Shown: piece after piece, positions 44,806 through 58,300 of the stretch
Numbering within the stretch: position 1 is the stretch's first letter
Layout of the letters: the number at the start of each line of letters is the position of its first letter
Source of the DNA: Oopsacas minuta
Taxonomy: Eukaryota > Animalia > Porifera
Assembly: GCA_024704765.1 (NCBI GenBank)
Contig: JAKMXF010000303.1
Location: forward strand, 251,266 to 315,265
Length of the DNA stretch: 64,000 nucleotides
Direction: 5' to 3'
The notes under the pieces: generated by a model
Databases searched by the model: none
Told to the model about the DNA's origin: nothing
Seen by the model: the letters and a program-made list of their open reading frames with translations, nothing else
Translations under genes and position numbers: made by a program

Positions 44806-47800
44806 TTAACTCTCATTAGAGTGAGTTACTTTCTCTAAGGTTTTAGCTCTCGTTATATGACAGGTAGTATAACTATCATTCGTATAGCGTGTCTTATACT
44901 CTTCTGGTGTAGATATGTCTTTGTCTGAGTGATGTTCTAGATTGATTAGTTCTGTCTCTAAACAGCTGCGATTCACATCAATCAGCTGGCGCTTGATCTT
45001 CTCTCTCCTGCAGATCATATAGGAGAGGTTACGCGCCTTCTCCAGGTCTAGTCTCAGTTTGTAGAGCTTCCTCTCATTGACTTTATCTCTAGAGGGTAGG
45101 AATACTCTCTTCACTTTATCTTTATTTTTTCTAGGGGGAGAGTCTGGAGGTGAGGAACTGACGTCAGTGCTATAGGAGCTGACACTCTGTTTGAGTTGAC
45201 TAGTATCGAACTTGTGTAAATGAGGTTTCACTACTTCCTGTAGAGACTCTGTCACTAGAGGTTTACAGTGATTAGCTCGTCTCTTCATGCTCCAGTAGTT
45301 ATATACTAGTTCTGATGTTTCTCGTGAGATATTAAGCTGAGATAGCTCAGTAGCATCAGTGTAGTTATCGAACTGTTGCTCCATCTCCACCAGCTTGCTG
45401 GAGCAAGGTATGTGAGTAGACCTATCAGATTTGTCACATGATCTGTGTCTGGGACAGAAGGCTTGGAGGTGACCAGAGGGAGCTTGGAACATTTCGAAGT
45501 TATTCTTCCGAGCACAAGATGTGTGAAAAGCTGTGACACAATGAGGCTCAGAGCACTGAATACAGGCACCCTTCCTGATTCTACATACTGAGCATATGAG
45601 GTTCCATCTGCTGGTGTTGATCTTACTGACGTCAATATATTCTGTTAGAGATCGCTTGTTGGAGCTCAGACGTGTCTTGGTCCGGGGACTTAGACCGAGT
45701 TCTGGGATCCAGCGGGCACAACTCACATGTACCCAGTACTTCCCACAGTTAGAAGGCTTGAGAGCTCCTCCTGGGGGAGAGGGACATAGATGGCAGTTAG
45801 GTTGAGGGCTGTCCTGAGACACATCTAAGATAAGAATATAGGTACGTATATTAAAATAAAAAGTATAGAAAATAGCTTACTGTGTATCGCGAATCCTATA
45901 TAATCCGCATAGTAGTCAATATACAATGTGATTATACAAATTGTGCTAACCATAGGTTTCTAAATATGTTTATAATCTCCTCAGCGTTTATTTGGGGTAA
46001 ATCAAAATTAAATTATCCTACAGTATCGGTCCGTAGCAAATATGAAAGGAAGTTACATTAATTTGTGGCCGAATTGTACCACGTAAATGCATAATGGAAC
46101 CTATTAAGCCGAGTCCATTGTATATTTGAATTTATAAGATTTCAAATTATTAATTTATCAGGAATTTATTAATTGTAAATAAGATAAGAATAATAGATAA
46201 TATTATATGATAAGAGATAGTTAACTAACCAGTATCATTGATGGTTGGTTTTAGACAAGGAGCACATAGCCATGGTCCTTCAGGTACTGTAGTGACTCCA
46301 TAACAGAACTGATGGACACACACATTACAGTAGTCACAGAAGACAAGTTCGTTGTCTCGTGACGCGTCTAGTTCTCCACATACGTCACAAGCAACCTCGT
46401 CATCATACTGTATCCCTAGTTTCTCTTGTGTACGGATAGCATGAGCCATATTTCTGTAGACAGCATGTTCGAGTAGGATGATAGACTACAAATAGATATG
46501 CAATCAATATAAACAATTGAATATTGTAAATTATTCATCTTCAAGCTCTGCTATAAATGAATTTGATCAGAAAACCTATAAGTAAGAATTTCTCTAGCCA
46601 CAAATCAGTCCCAGGAAATATAGACTACATCTATCTATAAGTTACATTCCCCATCATTATCCTACACATCAGTTTCGATTCAAACTTATTGGTATCGCAG
46701 TTGCAGAATGAATTTGAGACAATTAAATAAATCATGAATGAGATGCTATAATATAGCTATAGAACAGCAAGGAAAGACCTGCCAAAATACGTTCTCCTTA
46801 TATGGATTTCGTTTTCTACGTATGAATATGTTACCGTCATACTACTCAGTTTGACGGATACTCAATTTGGACGGTGACATATATAGAGATAAGATAGAGT
46901 TATTGTGACTAGGGATAGGTAGAAACTAAGTTATAAATAACCCCAAATATAACCATAGAAGTTTATACTCACGTAATCAACTCTTTTGTTTTGATGTAAA
47001 ATAATTGAGATTAATGAATTAAACATACCTGTCTTAAAGTTTCGGGAGTAAGTGAAGAGATGTTTTGATTCAATTGAGTGTGATTGATTGTTTCTTTGGT
47101 ATGATTACAAGTTCGAGATACAAGTTCAAGCCAACAAGCATCCAGATCATCTAGAGAGTAGGATGATGTTATCGGTAATCCCTGGTCTTGAATGTATTTC
47201 TTAGGTCTGTGAGAATTACTCGAATAGTCAGGCGGTGGCCAGTATGTATTCTGAGGTATAAGGTCTCCTCGTTTCTTGTTTTTACTGCCAGGAGTGTCTG
47301 ACTTTATTGATGGAACCTGTACAAGAAGTATTGTAACACCATGTACGATATCACTCAGAATAAGCCGTCTTAGAATTACAGTAAAACCTCCACAAACGGG
47401 GCTGTGGAAACTAGGAACTTATAGAAACGGAGTGAAATAAATAAAGTGAATTTGTGGTCACATACGAATGAACCTCTACAAATGGGAATTTGACTGAAAC
47501 TGAGAAGACGGGGTAGCATTTTCGGCCTCCCAGGCCGGCCCCATTTGTGGAGGTTACATTGTACCAGTTATAGAATAAAATATCCATCATAATTAGAGAT
47601 ATATGAAACTTACTTGTACTCCTTTCTCCCATGAGTGTCTCCATTGATCCTGTATGATGACATATGAGCCATGATCTAGATGCGTGCTGTCAGACAGCTT
47701 CATGTTAGTAATTAGGTCAGTTCTGAAACATTCCATAGTTTTAGAATGGGAAGGAAGGAATGCTTGGTTGGTTGTATGCGGAGCAGACGCGGGGTGATCA

Positions 47801-47892
47801 GTTTTACACATGTCTAACACCGGAGATATGATGTCAGACCTCTGATGTACAGGGAAGATTGAGCTCTTGCTTCTCAAGTTGGGAAGAGACAT
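44806..47892 (-). CDS. JADE (PHF15/16/17)-like HBO1 complex subunit, about four exons
   Basis: FRTDLITNMKLSD..QDQWRHSWEKGVQV (EPC-N), PHD CDVC..LVFCDYCNVCVHQFCYG, zinc knuckle/PHD2 GALKP..WVHVSCARWIPE..GACIQCS..AFHTSCA, LYNYWSMKRR and LRLDLEKARNLSYMICRREK. Confidence 0.9.
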
Positions 47893-50150
47893 GATTTGAA
47901 GCTAGTCGTGAGTGGAAGGGGCTGGAATTCATGTTACATTCATTCATTCACTGAAGTACAGTAGGCAGTGCTACGTAACGTACAGTATGTAAAATATTAA
48001 TTATTTAGGCGCATGTCTAGTAGCCACAAACTTAGCATTGTAAGCAATATCTGCTGTATTAGTAATGAATGGAATAGCAGCTGTGTATAAATGAGAAGCC
48101 ACTCATCTAATAATGAAATAGCTATTGTTGTTTGTGGAGTGAAGTTACGTAAGATGATTAGTAACGTATTAGATATATTATAATGGTGTTGACATATTAC
48201 ATACTTGCCACCTGAGTGAAGACAAAGCGGTCCGGGAGTTACTAAATTAGCAAGACATCGCGGGAAAAAGCATATTTACAATTTAGGTTGGGGTGCTACA
48301 AAAGTGGAACAATTAGGGTTGGACTTAGAATATGTTGTAATAAAAGCGAATTACGATTTTTGTTTTAGCTTTATTATTGTAGTTTAACAGAAAAAAAAAC
48401 AAGTCTCATGCCAAAATGTGTGTGTAACTTCTATTTTTAGCCACTTAATTACAGCTTACTAAACTTTGACATATTTTCTGTTAAATGACAATTTTTCGTA
48501 CATCTGTATAAGTATTTCAGATCTAAAGGCAGTGCATAGCAAATTTCCAGAAATATGTATGAATTTAATAGAAGTCAGTATTCCCCAATTATTAGTAAAA
48601 TTATTTCTAGAAAGATTTTCTCATATGCGTATTTCATTTTTCATAGAAGATAAGTATTTTTGGTGAACTTGTATTGTCAAAGTGATCAATGTGGGCCACG
48701 GTTTGTCACGAGTACGTTAGGTGAGGGGTTGGATCGTGTCTACACGAGAGACACAGGAACTTGAGTAAAATGATATCTTGGGTTACAGGTGAAGGCATGT
48801 TATACACAGCCAAGATAGAGATCACCGCAATCCTTCGTTGGAGAGAGTTCTGCTGGCATCAGGGTACGTATGAGTATATCTCCCCGTAACTCACGAAAAA
48901 ACGATTATTCTATTAGTTTCGATTGACTGCGAGTATTTGTCGATCGTGTGGGAGGAAGCTATACACTGCACATGCGTGATAGTTGCTATGATTCATAGGA
49001 GTAAAGGTTGGCTGCAGTATGTTATGAGGGACATAGGGTTCCTTTAAGGGAGAAGAGTTACTACTACTTCTTTTGGAATTATTGTTGCATACATTCGGAA
49101 GATTGAGCTTGCCAATAAGCTGCATTCGAAGCATCCTCGGTTGAGCAAACCGCATAACTTACATTCCACAAATATTTCCGATAAACCAATATGACCGTTG
49201 GACTCCCAAGACATTAATTCCTATACGACGATAATACATTTCCCTTGTCTAGCATTAGCGGATTACGGTTTATAAATAAGTACACAGCAGCCACGAATTG
49301 TGCTTTTAGGCAATTAAATTCATAATTTTTTATGACCTAAACATATAAAACTTGATTAAATATCGTTAATTACATCTTAACTATATATTTTGTAAAATTT
49401 TCTCACAAAAACATACGATGACATTATGTATTCTTAAGAAATATGTGAAAGACTTTAACGAAATTATTAGGCCGCAGCGGCCGATCCCGTAAAATCGTGT
49501 CTAGATTTAGAGGGTTGATATGTGCATAATTAGACTCAGTACGCCTACCGGCGTTGAACAAGGGGTCATTTCGATAGGGTTAGGACAAATTTTGAGAATG
49601 GAAAGTTACCACATTCCTGCGTTGCTAGGGAAAAATATTCCCAAATATATTCAAGTGACCACTCAAACGACGAGAAGTTTATCACTGATAGCGAATATCG
49701 ACAAAAAATTCGTTTCGAATTGAACTGAATTCGCATTTTTAATCTTCAAAATGTATCAAAAGTGGTACACTTAAGTGGCTAAAAAAGAACTTTCACGCAC
49801 ATTTGGGCCTGGGACTTTTTCTGATAAACTACAATAATAAAGCTACAAGAAAAATCACATTTAGCTTTTGTTGCAATTTATACTAGGTTACCCCTTTTTG
49901 TTACGATACTATAAGTATGATATTAGCACTTTAGCAGTTGTTTCAGTAACATAAAGTCAGAATGTTAACACCTTTATTGGGCAGGCATATCAAGAACAGT
50001 AAAATCCATAGGATATGCAATACCTGAGCTTTCCTCCAATTATATTATTAAAAAGGTGGCATTGTAACTACAGAACTTTATGGTTTAAGATCTTCATATA
50101 GGGTCGAATTTACCTCACATAGATTTTGTAAAAGTTTGGTGCCTATGCAG

Positions 50151-50426
50151 CAGTGCTCGACAAATTCAATATGATAGTAGTTCCAAAAATATCTGTGGTT
50201 AATTAGCCACGATCAGGCAGAAGCTAACTTAGCCATCTGAGCTAGTTAAGCTTTAGGCAATAAAATGAAAAATCAGTGAATAAGTCACTTGTACGACTAA
50301 AGCACCACATTTAGACTCTTAAATCCTCTAATTAATACAAGGCCATTGAAAATTCTGCGTGTAAATTGGTGGTTTATCAGAAGGTCTTGGTGGCTAACAC
50401 CAAACCACCAGATTTGTCGAGCAGTG
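50151..50426. mobile_element. hAT-type MITE with perfect 8-bp TSD
   Basis: TIR CAGTGCTCGACAAAT / ATTTGTCGAGCAGTG; CTATGCAG at both 50143-50150 and 50427-50434. Confidence 0.9.
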
Positions 50427-52153
50427 CTATGCAGTCAAAGCGGCACGAATTTTGAAGTGGTCCTTTAAAATCAGTAGTAGAAATACCATAGTGGTCTTAA
50501 TTAACAACTATAGCAATACAGGAGCGGCGCAAACTGACAGGCTAGACCACTTTTTGGTTTCTATTCAATCCTGTAAGCCGGACCATTTTGCCCTAAATCA
50601 AGCCAATCGCCTGCCTATTAAACAGGGACGTCGCCACGGGGGGGGCATAGAGGTCAATGCTCCCCCTGGTAAATCCTTGCCCCGGGGCATGCCCCTCCTG
50701 GTAAATTCGTGCCCTGGGCATGCCACAGGACCCCTTGACTTAAATTGCAACTGGAAAATTTCGGCTCGCTTCGCTCGCATCTTACCCTAACATTATTTAA
50801 TCTAACCCATAAATAAGGGATATAGCTTGTATTGATCTACCGAACTAGGTAATATTTTTTAGTGTTTACACCCTGAGCAAATGCAGTGTTTTCCCCAGGC
50901 CGTTTTAGCGTACTGGGCCGGCATCCCTTCAGTTGTTAACAAATATAGGCACCCATTTACTTTAGCCACTATACTAAAGTATAGTCGGCACAGTAGAAAG
51001 TAGAATTGACCATAGAAGTTATGATATCAAGGATTATCGTACGATTTATCCGGTCGATGCCTCCATTGATATAATTATTGATAACTTCTCGTTGTTTGTT
51101 TCAAGATTTCATTAATTATTCCTAAAATATAACTGAGAAATTGTTTCAAGATTCAAACCTACGTGGCAGTACAAAGGTAATTAATGTAGTAGCTATTATA
51201 GCTTATTGTCCAAGGGCTACGCCCCGTCACGACTGGAAAACCTACAGCACCTCAGACCCCCAGCTGCAGTAGCGTCGTGCATATGTGACTGAGAGCCCAC
51301 CAAATATTCTCCGAGCTACACATCATTACTCGACCAGAAAAAACAACTTTCTTGGGGCAATTGCAGACCATACGTTATTTCTTTCAATTGTTTGGCTCTT
51401 GGACCTTACTGATTGTTTACAGCGCCCAAGGCTTTGAAATCTGGGGTGCACAAATTCAATCGGGTAGGAAACATCTAGAACTTTTTGACAACCAGATTGA
51501 ATTTGTGACCCACTGGAACAAGTGGCGCCGGCCCTGCTATGAATGGATATATCCCTACGTAGCTTGATTGGGTGAGATGAGAAATTATGACAACTATTGC
51601 TAACTATTGTGTATCACTAATGGAGACGGACGGTCAGTCTCTCTGTAGTATAATCATATTTACGGCTTTAAGTTGGAAAAATCTGGATATTAATTAAAAG
51701 TGATCTCCTGTACGATTTCGCATCTATTGGGGAATTGATCGTAGACATAGTATAGTGGTAGCTCCCTTTCATTCGAATTTGCAATAGCATTAACTAATTC
51801 AGTTGAATAATACAACTGCTTTGAAAAGTTCAAGATTTCGAAATTAACTTACCTGTATTCTGTAGTACATTTCTTGTTGCCTATTTAGGCCCGCGTACGG
51901 CAGGTCCGGCCATTGCCGGATTTAGGGCTTAGGCCGACCAAAAATATTTGCAATGATTCATAAGGATCAATATCTGATTCTAGTTTATCTAGAATCTAGC
52001 ACAGCTGCACGTAATTGAATTAGTGTTGTTATTCAAGAACTCCAACAAGCAATTTTCTATGAATCAGCAGTGAATAATTAATACTTAAATAAACTACACA
52101 GTATCATCATCATCACTATCTATAATTATATCTATACAACCATGAGTCTATTG

Positions 52154-52729
52154 CTAAGAAGGTTGAGAATCAGTAGTATCTCCTGTCTTACTCAGATGCT
52201 TGATAACATCTACCCAGTTCCAGCCACGAGGTTTCTCTCCTTTAGCATCTGTCATGTTTGCTAGTTTCCTCTTAGTAGCCTTGGTAAGATGTTCCTTCTT
52301 TTCTCGTCTCACTTTAGGTAATTGTGAAGAGTTTGCTTGGTTAGATTCTGCTGAGAACTCAGCTACTACTTCATCCAGATTATCTTTCCCCCATTCTAAT
52401 AACGAGTATACCATCTGTACTCCTAACAGGTTATCTGCCTCAGTCTGTAGTGCGTAGATTATAGCATCTTTCTCCTCAGTTCTCAGTTTAGTATTGTACA
52501 ATAATTCCATGTGTATGTTAGGTGGATCATCTGGATAACTGGAAGTGAAATCGAATTGTACTATAAACTCTTTAAAGTCTGTAGGATAGAATTTATAAGT
52601 CAGAGATCGAGGATCTAAAATCTTAAAATTATCGTCATCTTGGTATATGCTATCTAAAGTCTCAAATTCCTCTTTCAACTGCTCATCGCTAGATTCACTA
52701 CTACTACTACTTGATAGCTTCTCTGCCAT
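52154..52729 (-). CDS. RWDD4: RWD domain-containing protein 4
   Basis: EEFETLDSIY, YPDDPP, KKEHLTKATKRKLA..KGEKPRGWNWVDVIKHLSKTG. Confidence 0.95.
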   Translation of the reverse strand: MAEKLSSSSSSESSDEQLKEEFETLDSIYQDDDNFKILDPRSLTYKFYPTDFKEFIVQFDFTSSYPDDPPNIHMELLYNTKLRTEEKDAIIYALQTEADNLLGVQMVYSLLEWGKDNLDEVVAEFSAESNQANSSQLPKVRREKKEHLTKATKRKLANMTDAKGEKPRGWNWVDVIKHLSKTGDTTDSQPS

Positions 52730-53344
52730 CAGATAATGTAACCTTAAAGTAAATTACTTGTTTCTCACCCATCTATCTCTAGGAGATAGGGATACGGACG
52801 TTATTTTATTTTTATATTCGTTAAGCATAGGAATGCTGACTTATGCTATTGTGTACGAACATTCAGCAGGAGGGGGAGGATCGGGGAGAATCGAAGAAGC
52901 TCAGCCCAGCCATAGTGGTCAAGCTACACCCTGCTAGTCTCTAACAATGTTATACTTATCTATATAGGACAGGACCGGCGGAACGGGTTTTGTAATGGAC
53001 CGTTAAAACTGAACCAACCGGACCGGTGAAGGCTGCCCTATATATAGGTATGATCGATAATCAGGGATTGTTAAATACGAGACCGTTTTAAGTTCACACC
53101 CACAAAATTTAAGGTCGCCTGATTACAGATAAATACGAAGCTCCTAGCAAGACATACGAATAAGTACGTGGCTATTATTAACATAATACAAGTATTATTA
53201 TAATAGTACTTTAATGAAAATTCTTCAATTCTGTACAAATTAAAACTCGTAATTATTAAATGCAAATTACAACATTCAACTGAATCGAATTAATGATACA
53301 AGTACGTAATACAACCTTATTGATTAAGTAAAAATCACTAGTGT

Positions 53345-54616
53345 TTAACGGGATATAATATTTTGACTGGGGAAAGTAGGATAGATTTGGAATGCCTGTA
53401 CTTTAGAGAGTAGAACAAGAGTAATACCAGAAAGGATGACAAAAATAGACACAAGGAATATAAATAAATTCTTCCAACCTCTGTAAGCAATTATACTCCA
53501 GAGGAATCCAATAGTAGGAGTAGCTGATGCAATTATAGGGAAGGTCACAGCTGACGACATTTTTTGGTTGAGGAACGCCCACAACGATATAGCTATGCCA
53601 GTGAATATCCCTACAATAAGGGCAGGGAGTATAGACCGAGGTAGTATGCGTGGTGCATTACTCATATACAGAGAGTACAGTACCATGAATAGAGTAGAAG
53701 TCATAAACACACCAGTTGTATAGGGGAATATATAGTCTAGAGAATTATAGCTGTAATAAGAATTACTATCAGCTAGAGTTTGTAGTATCCGCATAGGTAG
53801 GAAATGGGTACCCCACGCTATACCCATGAGTATTGAGAGAATATAGCCTATAACTTTCTTCTTGAATGGACTGAGTGTGTATAAATATCCTCTTAGTAGT
53901 CCCAACCTACCAAAATTCCTGGCATTACGGTATATTTCAGGAGTAGGATAACCTGGTGCAGACATTAATTTGTTTAGATTGTTATATGAATTATTACTAT
54001 TGATAAGTAATGTAGTATTAATATTGTAAGTATCTGTACGGTGTTCTTTCAGGAAAGCTAAGAGAATTACTCCAGACACACACATTACCAATCCACCGTA
54101 GTTAAAGAATGGAATACATAGCTTTTCATATTGTACTCCCATCATACTCAGGAATCCTGTACTCCACCCACTCCCAATGAATACTAAGCTCCACATTAGA
54201 ACTCCTGTATTAAACCCAACTAATCGTATCATTGGAATTAGAAAAACGTTACCCCCGGACCATATGACACCTCCTAATATAGCTAGCGGGTAGAAATGAG
54301 CTGAGGACTGTATTAAGTGCACAACTAATCCACATATCCATACTCCAGTACATACCATCCACTGAAAGAATATACCATCTCCAATATTGTATCTCTTAAG
54401 CAGAACATAGTTACTACCCAATAACATAGCAGGTATAAATATGAGGAGAGAGTCCTTCACTCCAATACTGGTGGTACAGAATTGAGTAGAATTGGAGATG
54501 TTATACCAGGCATGTGTTGTGGTATGTGTTGTTGTGTATGGCAATACTTGCAATAGAGAAGAAATTAGTAGAAATTGTACAACAAAAAAAGAAGAGCTAA
54601 GTGTGAAAATCTTCAT
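53345..54616 (-). CDS. TMEM144: Transmembrane protein 144 (DMT-like)
   Basis: GSNYVLLKRYNIGDGIFFQWMVC, FYPLAILGGVIWSGGN, FSGxHF-like AWGTHFLP, DYIFPYTTGVFMTS. Confidence 0.88.
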   Translation of the reverse strand: MKIFTLSSSFFVVQFLLISSLLQVLPYTTTHTTTHAWYNISNSTQFCTTSIGVKDSLLIFIPAMLLGSNYVLLKRYNIGDGIFFQWMVCTGVWICGLVVHLIQSSAHFYPLAILGGVIWSGGNVFLIPMIRLVGFNTGVLMWSLVFIGSGWSTGFLSMMGVQYEKLCIPFFNYGGLVMCVSGVILLAFLKEHRTDTYNINTTLLINSNNSYNNLNKLMSAPGYPTPEIYRNARNFGRLGLLRGYLYTLSPFKKKVIGYILSILMGIAWGTHFLPMRILQTLADSNSYYSYNSLDYIFPYTTGVFMTSTLFMVLYSLYMSNAPRILPRSILPALIVGIFTGIAISLWAFLNQKMSSAVTFPIIASATPTIGFLWSIIAYRGWKNLFIFLVSIFVILSGITLVLLSKVQAFQIYPTFPSQNIISR

Positions 54617-55310
54617 TCATTTAATGTACAGAATTGTTTTGTTGAGATAAAATACATTTACAGCTACCCAATAGAAACTCAGTAAGATATTAGATTTGGA
54701 AATGGTATAATGTAAAATTACTAATTTAGTTCTACGCACTCATTTTTATGTACACAGACAATACTTAATACGGCATCTCTTAATAATGAGTGCATATGAC
54801 TACATATAAATACTGTATTGACTCGAACAATAGCCCCTCGCTCACCAATGAGCTAACTAGAAATAATTATTAATTATATAACTGGGGTATAAATATAAAT
54901 AACTCTCAGTAGCACAGATTAGTTGGTGTATTTCTACAGGGCAGTGGCGTAGACAGGGTGGCACAAGTGAAGCATTTGCGCCACCTGTTTTTACTTCGCG
55001 CCTGGTGACATCGCACCACATGCCCCAATTTCGGAGTAAGGAAAGTAATATTTTCGTGCGTTAAATGATTTAAATCATTTCACACTGTAGCAATTATCAG
55101 TGAATATTTGTAAATTCTCAATTTCAAGGAAAATACAACAGAAATATTAACACAGTCCTAATGAGCTTATTTCAGTTGAACATTCGTCTAATTATAATTT
55201 AATTAATACACATGTAAGAATATATAGCATTGTTCAAAAACATATATTCTACCATAAAATACAACTTTCCTGCAAATTGACTAGCCCGTATGATACAGGG
55301 TAATCATCTC

Positions 55311-58300
55311 TCAACCATCAAGAGCTTCCAATACTGTACGACGATGCCAGAATGCTACCTGTAAAATGAAGCAGCAAGCTAGACTAGCAATGAAGAAAGT
55401 AGCATGGATTGAGTACAAAGTGAAGATAATGAAGTTGAGTGGCACACCAATGGTGCTTATAGAAACTAGTGCTATCTTATCTCCCATCTTGTAAGCGTTG
55501 ATAAAATTGAAATGGAAAGGTATATTTATTGATATAATGATAACTTCAAAAATAGTCAGCCAGCTCAAACGGTGTAGGATTAATATCTCAGCGAAATAAT
55601 AAGCGTGTAGGAAGAGATCAAATGCAGCAAGGGAAGGCCAGAGCCTATTCTCAGAGTGAATAGAAGAGATCAATAAATTATCATTCTGCATCAACAACAG
55701 TATTACGCTACCAAATAGGAAAGAAAGTTCAATCTCGTGTTGAAACGGAGAAAAGATGAGAGAAATATACGCAACGAAACAACTAAAGTTAGCTATAAGA
55801 GGATAATATGTCGTCTCAATCTCCATAAACCCAGAGGTCTCATCTCCCCCCAGTGCGTATTTCTTCACCTGCTGCTTCAGCTTATATCCTACCGCAATTA
55901 CCAGACAGTTAATCACCCAGAACTGAGAGCACTTTATATCGTTAACACGAAACTGAATTTGAACATAAGCGAATACGAACTGTAGTACAAATGTACCTAG
56001 CAACACGAAATATGTGAGTATGTCTTGGTAACAAGGAGGCTGTTGAGGAGATGCTACTACAGCTCTATAGAGGAGATATGACGTCACACTTCCTGATAGA
56101 CCGTATATTTGCCAGAGCAGGTTAGGAAATGGACCTAACAACAAAGCTATCCTCAGTCCTATCAACCAACCAGATACAAGACAAGTAGTTTGAATGAATC
56201 TGAATCTCTGTTTCCACTCCAGGATATGAGATAAGAAGAAATGTATTCCAACAAATGATATAATAGAGAAGAGAGACCAGTCAATAACTAGTCTCCAGCT
56301 TACAGCTAGTAGCAATCCCTTCTCTCTGAGAGGAGAGATATCACTCTCCATGCCTAGTATAATATGGATAGCACTGAGTAGCTCTGATATCTCTAGACTG
56401 GGTTTAAAACTGTTGAGTAGAGTGGAACAGCCTCCACACACAATGACAACCCCTGCTAGTAACTTCTTGGTAGCCTGACCTCTCATCTGGTCAGGTCGTG
56501 CCAGGAGCAGACCCACGGATAAGCAGAAGGCAGTTAGTGTGATAGCTAACAGATCTGCTGGAGTAGGAGAGTTGATGTAAGCAAGAGAGAGAGCTGGCTT
56601 AATCAGTGATTGTTGAGACAGTAATAACGTCAGTAGCATGATACCAGCATAAGCTAATCTCTTTATACCTACTAGCTCTGTGTCAAACCTCAGAGCTCCT
56701 AGCGTCAGTAATGCTATTACGAAGCCTGGCAGGAAGCTGGGGAGAGCTGATGTCTATGATATAAACAATAATATCACGTATAACTTGATTAGTATCAATT
56801 AGATTAGTGGTAACCTTTTTCGCCCGTGGACAACCTATACCAAATTTAACACATTCTGTTGACCTCCTCTCATAGACTGCAATACAAAACAATCCAGGTA
56901 GAGAACAGCTGTATTAGATCAGTGGTTCTCAACCTAGGGTCTGTGGCCCTAAAAAGTTTGCATTATCTTTACTGGCTAGCGGTCTACAGACCCAATAAAA
57001 TTGGCCAAAGGGGTCCGTGGGTGAAAAAGGTAGAATCACTGTATTAGATCATAAGCATACTTACCTGTGAGAACTCTATGTTAGTGTGAGATAGGTCAGG
57101 GAGCATCCATACTAGTTTGGTTAAGTGCAGACTAGCACTGACCCATGAGACCGTGAGTTTAAGAGACTTGCTCCTGTGTAGACGGTCTGTTACCATCATG
57201 CCTGCAGCAGAGGTAGATAGGAACATCCAGTAGGAGTAGAGCTCTTCTCTCACCAGCCAATACTCACAGAGTAGTATCCCGGATAAATGTAACAGATACA
57301 GAGGAGAGGGTATATTCCTCCATTTGTACATTAATACTACAGACAGGATAGCTGTACAGAGGAGTAGCAGTAGGAACAGCTGGAGAGAAAACTCTATCCC
57401 CCATGCTATTAGGGGCCCGGAATATTCTAGTCTCCAGGGGAGGAAGTAAGAAGCTGTGACGTAGAATATACTCAGCAGAACACATACTAGTTTGAGTCTA
57501 GCAGATCGTTTCTCTGCTGCACTGACTATAGTAGCAAATAGACCAGCTAATACTAGCAGGATAGGGAGAGATACAGACCAGTTAATTAAGAATGTCTCTT
57601 TAGAGAATATGAGACTACCTGTAACAACTGCTACACATCCAGACACAGCCCTGACATATACCAGAGGAGAGCTGTTACCCATTGTATACCCACCCAAGAA
57701 CCAGAATAGTCTAGCTTTAGATAGGAGAGTGAGTAGAAATATTTGGAGAGAGAATACCCATACTAGTCTAATCGGTTGCAGCTGCTCTCCTAGTATCAGA
57801 ACCTTATATATATTACAGATGAATTCTACTCCACAGGGAGCCATGAGAGAGCCAGCTGTTAGGATAGCTGTCATAGGACGAGTAAGTATAACTACTGGGA
57901 ACTTAGTAGAACCGGGACGATAGAAGGAGGAAGTAATGGGTACAAAATACAGGAAGGCAATGGCTGACATCACAAAACATGAGATAGTACCTATATAGTG
58001 TATACTGAATAGGAAGAGACAAGCCCACAGGTACACAAGGAATAGGAGAGGAGGAACTAGTACAAACATTAGCTCCTCTATCAGTACACACATAGCAGGC
58101 TCTGTAACTCTCAAATGTGGGAATTGTAGAAGTGTCCATCCTCCTAGACCTATTATGAAGCTATAGGTAAGACTCAGGAGGGGTGTGTTCATGAAAGATC
58201 TCCATATCAGGGGGAGTATGGAGAAGAAGTTAGCAACCTACACAATAGATAAGGAATACCATATTAATAGTAGTAACTAGTGCTCATATATTAGCAATAT

